NCBI GenBank assembly: GCA_034520965.1 | Contig: JAXHMY010000001.1 | Location: 864,001-928,000, forward strand | Direction: 5' to 3' | DNA from: Spirochaetia bacterium | GTDB taxonomy: Bacteria; Spirochaetota; Spirochaetia; DSM-16054; Sediminispirochaetaceae | DNA: 64,000 nucleotides | Notes under the pieces: model-generated | The model's database searches: none | What the model saw: the letters and a program-made list of their open reading frames with translations, nothing else | Told to the model about the DNA's origin: nothing | Part shown: in pieces, positions 52,302 to 63,274 of the stretch | Layout: each line of letters opens with the position of its first letter | Position numbering within the stretch: position 1 is the first letter of the stretch | Program-made: the position numbers and the translations under genes

Positions 52302-54237
52302 CTATTTTTTCCGGACTATTATCAGGGTCTCATCGTCATGTTGGCTGGCCGAGCCGACAAACTTGTCTATTGCCGCAAATATTTTCTTCTTTAGCGCTTC
52401 GGGCTCATCGTCTGCATTCTCCGCGATAACTTGCTTCAGTCGCTCAAAGCCAAACTGTTGATCCTTGATGTTCATAGCCTCGGTAATCCCGTCGGTGTAA
52501 AAAATCAGAAGATCATTTTGTTCCACCCGAAAGGTGGTCTGGGGATATTCCCATTCCGCATCAATCCCTATCGGTACACCCTCTGAATCAATCTGGCGAA
52601 AATCCTTGTGCGAAGGGCAGTATAACAACAGAGGATGATGGGCGGCATTACAATACTCTGCCGAACCGCTGTAAGGGTCGAGAAGGAGGAACGAAAGCGT
52701 AGCGAAACGCTCAATTCCTACATTTCCGGCAACACCGCGATTGATAAGTGAAACAAACTCACTGGCGCTGCGCTTCTCCCCGGCAATCAGATGCAAAATG
52801 GTACGGATCATTACCATTACCAGACTGGCAGGAATGCCTTTGCCGGCCACATCACAAACTAGAATACCTAAGCGATTATCCTTCGGAAGCTGGATAATAT
52901 CATAATAATCGCCGCTTACACCGCGGGCCGGGATAGTTTCGGCAGAAATACTCAGGTGTGAATCGGCGGGAAGCTCCTTGGGAAACAGGTTCTTCTGAAT
53001 TCCTCCGGCTATCTCTACTTCTCTCTCAATCTCCCGTTTTTCTACCAGCTCGACATAGTTATAAAGTGCATCCATCGTTAGGGAAGTATAATCGGCAAAA
53101 ACTTTGGTGCGTTCAAAATCTTGTTCGGTAAACCGGTGTTCGGGATCCCGCGAAATTATGCTCAATACCCCATATAATCGTCCCGAAACCGTTAAAGGAA
53201 TTAAAATCAAAGAGCTGCAGTAATTTATATCGTCTTTTATCAGATCTCGGATCTCCCGGCTTTTTTCTGCATGTGGTATGTAGAGGGGCGATTGCTCACG
53301 GGCCGCACGGCCAATGTAGGTCTCGTTCAGGGAGAGAGGTTTCGACTTGAAGTAGTCGTCTATTTTTCCAATTTTCTGGGTGACAATATTGGGCACTTTG
53401 AAGGGCGGCGGGTAGTAACCGACAATACTGCGGACCCGCAGCTTTTGATCATCCTCGTTATACAGCAGGATTACCCCGCCGTCGGCATGGGTATTTTCCA
53501 CTACCGAGGCAATCACCAAATCAAGCACATTCTGCACAGCACTATGCTCGGATAAGGCCTCATTGATGTTTTTAATAAAATCGAACACCGAATTGATATA
53601 TGAGCGGGTAAACTTAAGATTTTCTTTGGTTTGCATTGCACTCTGAAGGTAGTACATACGAAACACCGAATAATGGATAAGGTAGCCTGCCGGCAGGACA
53701 ATTGCGCTATAGTAGAGCGAATCCGTTGCTAAGAAGATCTCCAGCATCAGCACCAGGATATAGTACAGAGAGAAGTACCCGCGCATATGTTCCACGAACT
53801 CGCCATCACGCACATTCTTGGTGGATACGCTGTAGTATCTGCTGCATCAAATATATGAAACTTACCAAGACTAACATGGTATGCAACACTTCCCAGACTG
53901 CAGCGGTGGGCTGAAACAAAATAAGTGCAGTCAAGGCTGCCACTATTGGGGTTGTAACAGCAACATAGATAAGACCGTCTCTCCGGTTCCTATATCCACA
54001 AACCCAGCACAGGTAAATCCCTATTATCACGAACTCTACAGCCAAAATAATAACCTGCGCGGGCATAAAGAAAAACGCTACTTCTCGAAACAGGTAAATT
54101 AAGGGAATTGCGGTAAAGGCTATAAAGCAGGGAGGACGAATCGGAAGCCGATATGCATAGACGAATAGAACCACGGCCAGTATTGATCTAAACCAGTTTG
54201 GTGATGTTAAAAATTGGCCAACTATTTCCATATTCAT
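52302..54237 (-). CDS. Membrane GAF plus SpoIIE (PP2C, RsbU-like) phosphatase, frameshift near 53810
   Basis: VSGDYYD, CDVAGKG, YTDGITEA and HDDET motifs; N-terminal transmembrane region in the upstream ORF. Confidence 0.88.
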
Positions 54238-54339
54238 ATTAAGTTTACCCGCAAAGTGTAGCAAGCCGATGATGCAGGGTCAAGGCTGAAGCAAAATTAA
54301 ACACTTTCAACCAGAGCAGAATATATACATGCAAAGCTG

Positions 54340-55335
54340 CTACAGAATTTTGACTTTGTTATCGTCTAATGCAAAGTGGCAGGCTACCCAGTGCCCCGGT
54401 TTAGCCTCGCGGTACTCGGGAACTTCCCGGCCGCACCGCTCTTCGGCAACGGGGCAGCGGGTGTGGAACACGCAGCCCGAGGGAGGGTTGACCGGACTGG
54501 GGACTTCGCCTTCAAGCACAATGTGGCCTCGCCCGCGCTCCCGCTTGGGGTTGGGGATGGGGATGGCCGAAATAAGCGACTGGGTATAGGGATGCAGGGG
54601 GTCGGCAAACAGCTGGCGGCTGGTGGTCAGCTCCATCATGCGCCCCAGATACATCACTGCGATGCGGTCGGAGATGTGCTGAACCATACTCAGGTCGTGG
54701 GCAATAAACAGATAGGTGATGCCCAGCTTTTTCTGCAGATCCTGCAGCAGGTTCACTACCTGAGCCTGAATGGACACGTCCAGGGCGGAGATAGGCTCGT
54801 CGCAGACCACAAAGCGCGGGTAAAGCGCCAGGGCGCGGGCGATATTGATGCGCTGGCGCTGTCCTCCGGAAAACTCATGGGGAAAGCGCTGGGCATGCAT
54901 CGGCTTCAGGCCTACCAGCTTCAGCAGCTCAAATATGCGGTCTTTAATCTCTTTCGGCTCCATTTCGGTGTGAATCGTCATGGGCTCGGCGATGATATCG
55001 CCGACGCGGTGGCGCGGGTTCAATGAGGAATAGGAGTCCTGAAAGACGATCTGCATTTTGGTGCGAAACTTGCGCAGGTCTTCCTTGCCCAGTTCCGATA
55101 CATTGGTATCTTCAAAGCGGATAGTCCCGCCGGTCGGTTCATACAGGCGTAGAATAGTCCGGCCGAGGGTCGATTTGCCGCAGCCGCTCTCGCCGACTAA
55201 GCCCAGGGTCTCCCCTTTTTCAATCGAAAAGCTGATGTTATCCACCGCCTTAACCACCGAGGAACGGCCTAAAGAGAGAAAACTGCGCTTAAGCTGAAAG
55301 TGCTTTGATATCCTATCTACTTGAACTATTTCCAC
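54340..55335 (-). CDS. oppF: Oligopeptide/dipeptide ABC ATPase
   Basis: [20 protein letters not shown] and [10 protein letters not shown] motifs. Confidence 0.92.
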   Translation of the reverse strand: MEIVQVDRISKHFQLKRSFLSLGRSSVVKAVDNISFSIEKGETLGLVGESGCGKSTLGRTILRLYEPTGGTIRFEDTNVSELGKEDLRKFRTKMQIVFQDSYSSLNPRHRVGDIIAEPMTIHTEMEPKEIKDRIFELLKLVGLKPMHAQRFPHEFSGGQRQRINIARALALYPRFVVCDEPISALDVSIQAQVVNLLQDLQKKLGITYLFIAHDLSMVQHISDRIAVMYLGRMMELTTSRQLFADPLHPYTQSLISAIPIPNPKRERGRGHIVLEGEVPSPVNPPSGCVFHTRCPVAEERCGREVPEYREAKPGHWVACHFALDDNKVKIL

Positions 55336-55339
55336 TGCC

Positions 55340-56345
55340 CTACTCCTCGCTCCGCGGCTTCTGCTGCTTCATATCATAAAAACACTTCGTATAATGCCCC
55401 TCTTCCACCTGGTAGTTAGGGGGTATACTCTTTCCAGCAGCGGTCGAATACATACGGACAGCGCCAGGCAAACTGGCAATGCTTCGGCGCCTCAAACAGA
55501 TCCGGCGGGGCACCGCCGATACTGATTAACCGGCTCTGCTCGGTTTCGCCTACCTCCGGTATGGCTCCCAGCAGTCCTTCGGTATAGGGGTGCTGGGCGT
55601 TCTCATACAGGTCGTCTACCTTTGCCATTTCAATCGGCATACCCGCGTACATTACCATCACCCGGTCTGCGATACCGGCCACTACTCCCAGGTCGTGGGT
55701 AATCCAGATGACGGTCATGCCCATCTCGCGCTGCAGGCGGCGGGTTAACTCGACTATTTGGGTTTGAATGGTCACATCCAGAGCGGTGGTAGGTTCATCG
55801 GCCACTAAGATTTCCGGTTCGCAGGCGATTGCAATTGCAATCATCGCCCGCTGCCGCATCCCACCTGAAAACTGGTGGGGATAGGAGTAGAACCTTTTTT
55901 CCGGGTAGGAGATACCCACGTTTTCCAGCAATTCCACGGCCCTGGTGTAGGCCCGGCGTTTATTGTAGCCCATATGGGTCATCAGGGATTCACTGATTTG
56001 TTCGCCCACGGTTAATACCGGGTTGAGCGATCGCAGGGCATCCTGAAATACGATGCTAATGTGTTTCCCGCGAATCTTATTCAGTTTCTCCTTCGAAATT
56101 GCCAGCAGGTCGGACTGTGCATCTTTGGTTTGAAAGAGGGCGGTACCCTTCACTTCCGCCGACTCCGCCGGCAGCAGCCCCAGCAGTGACAGCACCGATA
56201 CGCTCTTGCCGCTGCCGCTCTCGCCAACTACCGCAAGGGTCTCACCGGACTGCAGTTCAAAATCCACGCCGTTCACCGCAAACACGGTTCCGTCAAAAGT
56301 ATGAAAACGGGTAGTTAAGTTTTGCACCGATAGTATTGAACTCAT
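55340..56345 (-). CDS. oppD: Oligopeptide/dipeptide ABC ATPase, frameshift near 55420
   Basis: [16 protein letters not shown] and DEPTTALDV motifs. Confidence 0.9.
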
Positions 56346-56352
56346 GTGTTTC

Positions 56353-57288
56353 CTACCTCTTTTTCTGCCGCATCCGCGGGTCCATCGCATCTCGCAGCCA
56401 GTCACCGAACAGGTTCATCCCAAAGCCGGTAAACACTATCGCCAAACCGGGATACACCGACATCCACGGATAGACGGTCAGATACTGCCGTCCCATGGCC
56501 AGCATGTTGCCCCAGCTGGGTACGCTCGGCGGGACGGAAAGGCCCAAAAAGCCCAGACCGGCCTCATAAAAAATCATCGCCGACATTTCAAAGGTTGCCA
56601 GGGTAATCAGCGGTCCCAAGAGATTCGGCATTATGTGCTTAAAGATAATGCGGGGGGTCCTCTGGCCGATACTCTGGGCCGCTTCAATAAAGCCCTCTTC
56701 CCGCAGTCGTAACACCTCCCCGCGGGTAACACGGACAAAAATAGGTATATCGGTTAGGCCGAAGATTAAAATTACATTCAACAGGCTGTTGCCGAGAATG
56801 GCGGCCACAAAGACCACAAACACAAGATAGGGCAGGGACAATACCATATTGACCATGGTCATGATAATATTATCGATTTGCCCCCCCTTGTAGCCGGATA
56901 TAAGGCCGATCATCATACCGAGGGTAAAGGCCATCATAACCCCTAAAAAGCCGACAGTAATGGAAACCCGGCTGCCGTAGATAATCCGGCTGAGCACATC
57001 ACGCCCCAGACTGTCGGTGCCCAGCAAATATTCGGTACTTCCCCCCTCTGCCCACGCCGGGGCTTGCTTAGAGGCCTGAATATCCTGCTGCATCGGGTCG
57101 TGGGGGGTTATCCAAGGAGAAAAGGCGGCTGCAAACACAACCGAGAGGAACATCACCAGCCCTATCAGCCCCGCCTTATCCCGCCACAAAAGCCGTGCCA
57201 CATACACCAGCTTGGCAGAAATACTGCGGTCCGCCTGCTCGTCAACAATTAATCCTGTTGCTCTTTCGTTACTTGTATTTTCTTCCAT
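56353..57288 (-). CDS. oppC: Peptide ABC permease
   Basis: LGTDSLGRD, EAA loop and PSWG motifs. Confidence 0.92.
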   Translation of the reverse strand: MEENTSNERATGLIVDEQADRSISAKLVYVARLLWRDKAGLIGLVMFLSVVFAAAFSPWITPHDPMQQDIQASKQAPAWAEGGSTEYLLGTDSLGRDVLSRIIYGSRVSITVGFLGVMMAFTLGMMIGLISGYKGGQIDNIIMTMVNMVLSLPYLVFVVFVAAILGNSLLNVILIFGLTDIPIFVRVTRGEVLRLREEGFIEAAQSIGQRTPRIIFKHIMPNLLGPLITLATFEMSAMIFYEAGLGFLGLSVPPSVPSWGNMLAMGRQYLTVYPWMSVYPGLAIVFTGFGMNLFGDWLRDAMDPRMRQKKR

Positions 57289-57300
57289 CTTAATTCCGAT

Positions 57301-58245
57301 TTATTTATAGCGAATTCTAGGATCGACTAACACATAGACAAAATCGGTCAGCAGATGCAGACCAATTACCACAAAGCTAGTAAAAAAAGCCGTGGCCTGT
57401 ACCAAGAAAAAGTCGCGGGTTCCCACCGCTTCCGCCAGCAGATTTCCGAGTCCGGGCCAGGCAAAAATTGTTTCCACATAGATAGAACCGCTCAGCAGAT
57501 AACTGAACTGCACACCAATTATGCTAATCAGCGGAATAGCCGCATTTTTTAGTATGTACTTGAGATAAATGCGCATTTTATGCAGACCCTTACTACGAGC
57601 GGTGGTCACATAATCCTCATTCATTACTTCCATCACCGCCGATCGGGTAAACCGAGTCAGCTGCCCGGTAGTAAACAGACTGAGGGTAAAGGCCGGCAGG
57701 ATAATCGACTTATCCGGCAGGTGCAGCCCGAATAGCTGAAAAGTCTCCCGCCCATAGGTGGGAAACCAGCCTAAATTGAGGGCAAACACCAGGATCATGA
57801 TGAGCCCCAGCCAAAAGGTCGGAATGGTCTGCCCCAACAGACCCAGCCCGCGGGCAATAGAATCAAAAATGGTATTGGGGTTCGAACCACCGAGAATGCC
57901 CATCGTCACACCCATAAGAATTGCCATTAGCAGTGCAACAGTGGCCAGTTCGACAGTTGCCGGAATACGCTGCAGCACCAGCTCCAGGGCCGGCACACGG
58001 TAGCGAAAGGAGTTGCCGAAATCTCCCTGCAGAGCCCCCTTCACAAAGTCGCCAAATTGCACCAGGAGGGGGCGGTTAAAACCCAGCTCCTGGCGCAGGC
58101 TCTCTATTTCGTCGGGGGAGGCCTGCCGTGATACCATTAAACTAACCGGGTCTCCGGTCAGATGCAGTAATATAAACACAATAAACAACACTCCCACAAG
58201 AAGTGCGAGTGAGTACATTACTCTTGATAAAAGATACCTCAGCAT
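57301..58245 (-). CDS. oppB: Peptide ABC permease
   Basis: GDFGNS, DYVTTARSKG, ETIFAWPGLG and DPRIR motifs. Confidence 0.92.
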   Translation of the reverse strand: MLRYLLSRVMYSLALLVGVLFIVFILLHLTGDPVSLMVSRQASPDEIESLRQELGFNRPLLVQFGDFVKGALQGDFGNSFRYRVPALELVLQRIPATVELATVALLMAILMGVTMGILGGSNPNTIFDSIARGLGLLGQTIPTFWLGLIMILVFALNLGWFPTYGRETFQLFGLHLPDKSIILPAFTLSLFTTGQLTRFTRSAVMEVMNEDYVTTARSKGLHKMRIYLKYILKNAAIPLISIIGVQFSYLLSGSIYVETIFAWPGLGNLLAEAVGTRDFFLVQATAFFTSFVVIGLHLLTDFVYVLVDPRIRYK

Positions 58246-58305
58246 TCATTCCCCCTCAAAAAGCCTGACATTGCTAAAACTCATATACTAATACTATATA
58301 AGAGC

Positions 58306-58329
58306 GGCGCTGCTGGAACCAGCAGCGCC
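58306..58329 (-). terminator. Hairpin after the binding-protein gene (terminator or mRNA stabiliser)
   Basis: GGCGCTGCTGG-AA-CCAGCAGCGCC. Confidence 0.65.
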
Positions 58330-58386
58330 TTAAAAATCGCAATGCAAACAGTACGCACTCGGTGCGCATCAGCACGCGTCTAAAGC

Positions 58387-59946
58387 CTACTCGAGGCTTA
58401 CGCCCTTCAGGTAGTACTGCTCCGATACACGGGGCTCATAATTCTTCACCCGTTCACGAGCAGCTTCAAAGCCCTGGGGCTGGTACAGATAGATAAAGGG
58501 AGGATCTTCTTTCATGTACTCCAGAATTTCGGTGTACACCTCGGCCCGTTCCTCCTGGTCGGGAGTAAGCTCAACCTCTTCTACCATATCGACCAGTTTC
58601 TGGTCAAACCAGGCTGCATAGCTGGCATCTCTGCCGCCGACCGACCCCTTCAAGCGCGGGAAGGCCTCGCCGATGCTGGAGGACCAGCTGTCGCCGAAGA
58701 GCGGAGGAAGTTCGCGCTTGGCCTCGAGGCCCCAGTATTTACCGGATTCCATAAACTCCAGGTCTACTTCGATGCCGATTTCACCCCAGTAACCGACTAA
58801 TGACTGCAGGACATCCTCAAAATTGATATAGGTATCCGACGGACCGGCCATGCCGATTTCAAATCCGTCTTCATATCCGGCTTCCGCCAGCAGTTCCTTG
58901 GCCTTTTCAGGGTCATAGGGATACGGCTCAATCGAGGGGTCATACCCAAGATTTCCAGGCACAACGAATCCGGCGGTTCGTTCGGCTTTACCGTTGAAAA
59001 TATTGTCGATAATGGCCTGATAGTCGATGGCATAGCTCATCGCCTGACGAACCTTCTTATTCTCAATCGGAGTGCCCGACACCGGTGGTCATGTTGTTAA
59101 AGGCAATGTAATACACCCGGTCTTTGGGATAGCTGATAAGCTTCACATTGTTCATATCTTCTACTGAGTCTGCCTGTTCGGGGGTAAGGCGGCTGATAAT
59201 ATCGATATCGTTATTCTGCAGAGCTGCAATCCGGGTAGAGGACTCGGTAATCGGACGAAAGACCACCCTGATCCACCTTGGGATACTCCGGCTGCCAGTA
59301 GTTTTCATTGGCGTCCAGCACAATCCGGTCGCCCTTATTCCATTCTACAAACTTGAAGGCTCCGGTACCGACGGGTTCCTGCATGTACCCCTCTTCTCCA
59401 ACTTCCTCGTGATATTTCTTGGACAGGATACCCCAGTGCTCGTTCATTTGCAGCAGCATCATCGAGTTCGGCTGTTCCAGTTCCATCCTTACGGTGTACT
59501 TGTCAACCTTCTCCATGTTTTTCACTGCTTTGAAGTCCTCACGGTAGGTAATTTCACTCCCCTGGCCGCGTTCCCAGGTAAAAACCACGTCATCGGCGGT
59601 AAAATCGTATCCGTTGTGAAACTGGACGTCCTTACGCAGTTTGAAGGTATACACAGTTCCATCGTCGGATACCGTCCAGCTCTCGGCCAAAGCCGGTACA
59701 ATTTCACCATCGTCGTTCAGCCATACCAGTGAATCAAACATGCTCCAGGCGACATTCGAGGCCTGGCGGGTATCACCGGTAGCCGGCTCAATGGTATTCG
59801 GGCTGGCGTTCAGCGCCACTCGCAATACCACTGGCTTCTTCATTCTCTTCAGCTGTTCTCTTTGGCAGCCGAAAAAGACAGAAGCCATTGATAAGACCAG
59901 CAATGCAAGCAACACAAACCAGAAATGTTTTCCATGTAATTTACAT
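58387..59946 (-). CDS. oppA: Peptide ABC substrate-binding protein (family 5), several frameshifts
   Basis: PALAESW, FHNG...TADDV, VGTGAFK, VRQAMSYAID and YDPEKAKELL spread across ORFs 59211-60005, 59063-59323 and 58387-59082. Confidence 0.85.
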
Positions 59947-60244
59947 TTTCTCCTCCTTTTCCTTCGGCTGGTAATTTCTGGCAGCCCTCTTTCCGGCCGC
60001 CCCAACCAAAGTTCTTGAAAATAAAAATTACAACTCTAAATACTATTACAGTATCTCACACCTTATTTCAGAATGTCAATCAAAACTCGACACTCGAACT
60101 AATAATTATTACAAAGTAATCTACTATCAAATAAAGAATAAACCTCAACTTTACACTTTCTGATTAAAATTAGAACTTTATGAGTAAAATTAAGAGTTGT
60201 TAGACCTCTAATTTAACCTCACTCCCTGGGCTTGCAAGCTCTTT

Positions 60245-60403
60245 TGTACTCGGGACAGGGATTCTCATTTTGGAAGTCAATGACTTCCAAAATGAGAGAT
60301 GCCACAACAGCTTTAAGATAATCTACTTATCTTAAACAAAATGTAAGCATTCGCAATGTGAAAATTTTTAAAATTTTCACATTGCGAATTGCTGTACTCG
60401 GGA
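60245..60403. repeat. Three perfect palindromes bracketed by an 11-bp direct repeat
   Basis: TGTACTCGGGA at 60245-60255 and 60393-60403; palindrome arms of 17 bp (60263-60297), 10 bp (60312-60336) and 20 bp (60349-60389). Confidence 0.9.
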
Positions 60404-60505
60404 AATATCCAAGACCCGGGGCAAAGAAATGCCGGGCTTCGACTTCCGCCGGAGCCCGACCAAATCACACTAGACTACAAGTGTACATGCAGCTGCACTA
60501 AAAAC

Positions 60506-62005
60506 CTATTGTGCGCCGAACCAGTTAACCGGTTCATTCGCATGGTTCTGATAGATGTGTTTAATTTCAGTATACTCTTCAAGGCCCGGTTTTCCAAGTT
60601 CCCGGCCCTGGCCGGACTGTTTGTATCCGCCCCAGGGAGCCTGTACAAAGTAAATGTTAAAGTCGTTGATCCATACCGTCCCGGTACGCAGTGCGGCGGC
60701 TACCCGCTCGGCCCGGTCCTGGTCTTTTGTCCAGACCCCACCGGAGAGACCGTAGATGGTATCGTTGGCCCACTCCACTGCCTGTTCCTCCATATCAAAA
60801 GACTCAATTGTAATTACCGGTCCAAAGATCTCCTCTTTAGCCAGGCGCATGCTGTTTTTCACACCGGTAATAAGGGTGGGCAGAAAGTAAAAGCCCCCAT
60901 CGTGGGGAGGATTATCCGGCCGGGTGCCGCCCAGCACAATTTCGGCCCCTTCATCTTTGGCGATTTGCATGTACTTCTCTATCTTTGCCCGATGCTCTTC
61001 GGAGATCACCGGCCCCATTTCGGTTGAGGGGTCAAAGGCATCGCCCATTTTTATATTAGAAATGCGCTTTTTCAGCGCAGTTACAAACTTGTCATGTATG
61101 GAAGATTCAACCAGGATTCTCGATCCGGCCGAACATATCTGTCCTGCATGGAAAAAGACACCATTAAGCGCAAAATCTACTGCCGTATCAAAATCGGCAT
61201 CCCCGAAAATTATGTTGGGATTCTTACCACCCAACTCAAGGGCTACCTTTTTAACAGTATCACTGGCGACCTTCAAAATCTTCTTACCGGTTACAATGCC
61301 CCCTGTAAAGGAGACCATGTCTACCCCGGGATTGGTGGTCATCTCGGTTCCAACGGTATTTCCCGGGCCCAGCACCAAATTTATTACTCCGGCCGGAATT
61401 CCGACCTCTTCGGCCAATTCGGTGATTCGGATGGTGGTAAAGGGTGTGATTTCGCTCGGTTTCATCACAATGGTACAGCCGGCAGCCAGGGCCGGTGCAA
61501 TTTTCCACGAAGCCTGCAGCAAGGGGTAATTCCACGGAGAAATTTGGGCTGCTACTCCAACCGGCTCTCGTACTACCCGGCTGGTGGTGTTAGGAATCGG
61601 AGATTGGATAATCTCACCGCCCTCTTTATCCGCCAACTGTCCAAAATAGCGAAAAATTCCCGCAATGTCGTCCATGTCTCCACGGCTCTCTTCTACCGTT
61701 TTTCCGGTATCCAGACTCTCCATCTGAGCCAGCTCTTCGCGGTTCTCTTCTACTTTGTCGGCTAATTTTTCAACTAATCTACCCCGTTCTGCAGCGGGAG
61801 TTTTAGGCCAATCGCCTTTGTCGAATGCCCGTCTGGCAGCTTCAACCGCCAACTTCACATCCTCGGCATTGCCCTCGGTTACTTTTGTTATTACTTCGCC
61901 TGTACAGGGATATAAAATCTCCCGGTACTCTCCGGAAACTGAGTCGACCCACTTTCCGTCAATATACATCTGTTTTTTTCCATTATAAGTTAAGCTACCT
62001 GTCAT
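60506..62005 (-). CDS. betB: Aldehyde dehydrogenase, betaine-aldehyde dehydrogenase-like (BetB/GbsA)
   Basis: PWNYPLLQASWK, ELGGKNP, HAGQICSAG and EEIFGP motifs; next to a choline-binding protein gene. Confidence 0.82.
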   Translation of the reverse strand: MTGSLTYNGKKQMYIDGKWVDSVSGEYREILYPCTGEVITKVTEGNAEDVKLAVEAARRAFDKGDWPKTPAAERGRLVEKLADKVEENREELAQMESLDTGKTVEESRGDMDDIAGIFRYFGQLADKEGGEIIQSPIPNTTSRVVREPVGVAAQISPWNYPLLQASWKIAPALAAGCTIVMKPSEITPFTTIRITELAEEVGIPAGVINLVLGPGNTVGTEMTTNPGVDMVSFTGGIVTGKKILKVASDTVKKVALELGGKNPNIIFGDADFDTAVDFALNGVFFHAGQICSAGSRILVESSIHDKFVTALKKRISNIKMGDAFDPSTEMGPVISEEHRAKIEKYMQIAKDEGAEIVLGGTRPDNPPHDGGFYFLPTLITGVKNSMRLAKEEIFGPVITIESFDMEEQAVEWANDTIYGLSGGVWTKDQDRAERVAAALRTGTVWINDFNIYFVQAPWGGYKQSGQGRELGKPGLEEYTEIKHIYQNHANEPVNWFGAQ

Positions 62006-62063
62006 ACATTTCCTCCATAATTATCCGGGTACATAAAAATTTGTGTAATCCTAGTTTTCTCCA

Positions 62064-62900
62064 CTACCATAGGGAACCTCCGGATACCGTTATATCCTGC
62101 CCATTGATTCCATAGGCTTCTTCGCGGCACAAGTAAGCCGCCAGAGCACCGATTTCCTTGGGCTGAATCAGCCGTTTTTGGGGATTGGCGGCTGCTTCCT
62201 GGGAAATCAGTTCATCACCCTTCATGTGCATCTGCTTTTCGGCAATATCGGTAATCCAATCGCGACCAAAGTCGGTTTCGACCCATCCCGGACAAATTGC
62301 ATTTGCAGTTACACCGCCCTCGGCACCTTCCTGGGCCATGGCACGGGTCAAGCCCAATACAGCCGCCTTGGAGGCACAGTAGGCCGGCGACATTGGGGCG
62401 CCCACGTTACCGGCGGTTGATGAAATCGTAATAATCCGACCCCATTTTTGCTCCATCATGCCCTTGAGCACCAGCTTCGACATGCGGAAGGGTCCGTTCG
62501 CATTTACTTCCATTACCTTCATCCACAAACCCTCCGGATGATCAACCACCCCGTGTTCAGCGGTAATTCCGGCGGCATTTGCCAGGATATCTACCTTGCC
62601 AAAAGCCTTGATGGTTTCATTGTAGAAATTCTCACAAGATTCTGTAGAAGTCACATCCAGCTCAACGGCAAGTGCTTTTACTCCGAAGGCCTCAAGCTCG
62701 CCTTTGGTGCGCTCCATCTCTTCCATACCCGGCATATTGACCAGCTCACCATCGGCTTTGGTCTCCTTGCGGTTCGACAATAACGAGCCGATAGCGACGT
62801 TCGCACCGGCCTTTGCAAATTCGAGAGCCATAGCTCTCCCCATACCTGACGCGCCGCCGGTTACCATGGCCACACGTCCCTCAAGATTACGATCACTCAT
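62064..62900 (-). CDS. SDR family oxidoreductase
   Basis: TGGASGMG, NAAG, YCASK and PGWVET motifs. Confidence 0.9.
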   Translation of the reverse strand: MSDRNLEGRVAMVTGGASGMGRAMALEFAKAGANVAIGSLLSNRKETKADGELVNMPGMEEMERTKGELEAFGVKALAVELDVTSTESCENFYNETIKAFGKVDILANAAGITAEHGVVDHPEGLWMKVMEVNANGPFRMSKLVLKGMMEQKWGRIITISSTAGNVGAPMSPAYCASKAAVLGLTRAMAQEGAEGGVTANAICPGWVETDFGRDWITDIAEKQMHMKGDELISQEAAANPQKRLIQPKEIGALAAYLCREEAYGINGQDITVSGGSLW

Positions 62901-63274
62901 ACATGATCCTCCTCTGTGTAAAATAAGTTATACATATAAATGTTATTAAAACTTTTTAATAATAATGCAGCTAATTAGTTAGATATATAAAGATATCTAA
63001 AAAATACTTAATAGCCAAATCGACCAAGCATTACTGTAGCATATTTAAAAAAAGCTGTAAATACCTACAATAACTATACATAGAAAATATTTTTTCACGG
63101 GATCAAAAAATATTCAAAAAAAATATTATTTATTATTCTCAAAATTTAAATTATTACTTCCTTTTCTAATATTTTCACTTGAAAGTATTGTTCAGATAGA
63201 TTATACTTGTTTAATCTTTATGCAGCACAATAATTTTTTGCTGCGCCGCAAATTACATTAGGAGGAAAAAGAAG

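Noticed and set aside
15588..59946. About 14 split genes (MCP, oadA, ldhA, diguanylate cyclase, kinase, cNMP protein, tatT, Gfo, tctC, SpoIIE, oppD, oppA) as pseudogenes or programmed frameshifts
   Set aside because: The breaks are isolated single-base indels, often in short homopolymers, in unrelated genes with no other decay and no shared slippery motif; long-read consensus error is the simplest explanation.
60241..60265. Reverse strand GAATCCCTGTCCCGAGTACA resembles a tRNA 3' end
   Set aside because: No TTC T-loop, anticodon arm or matching 5' acceptor strand; no cloverleaf can be built.
62900..63270. AT-rich short inverted repeats as BetI or GbsR operators
   Set aside because: Short palindromes are expected by chance at this AT content, and I see no match to a known consensus.
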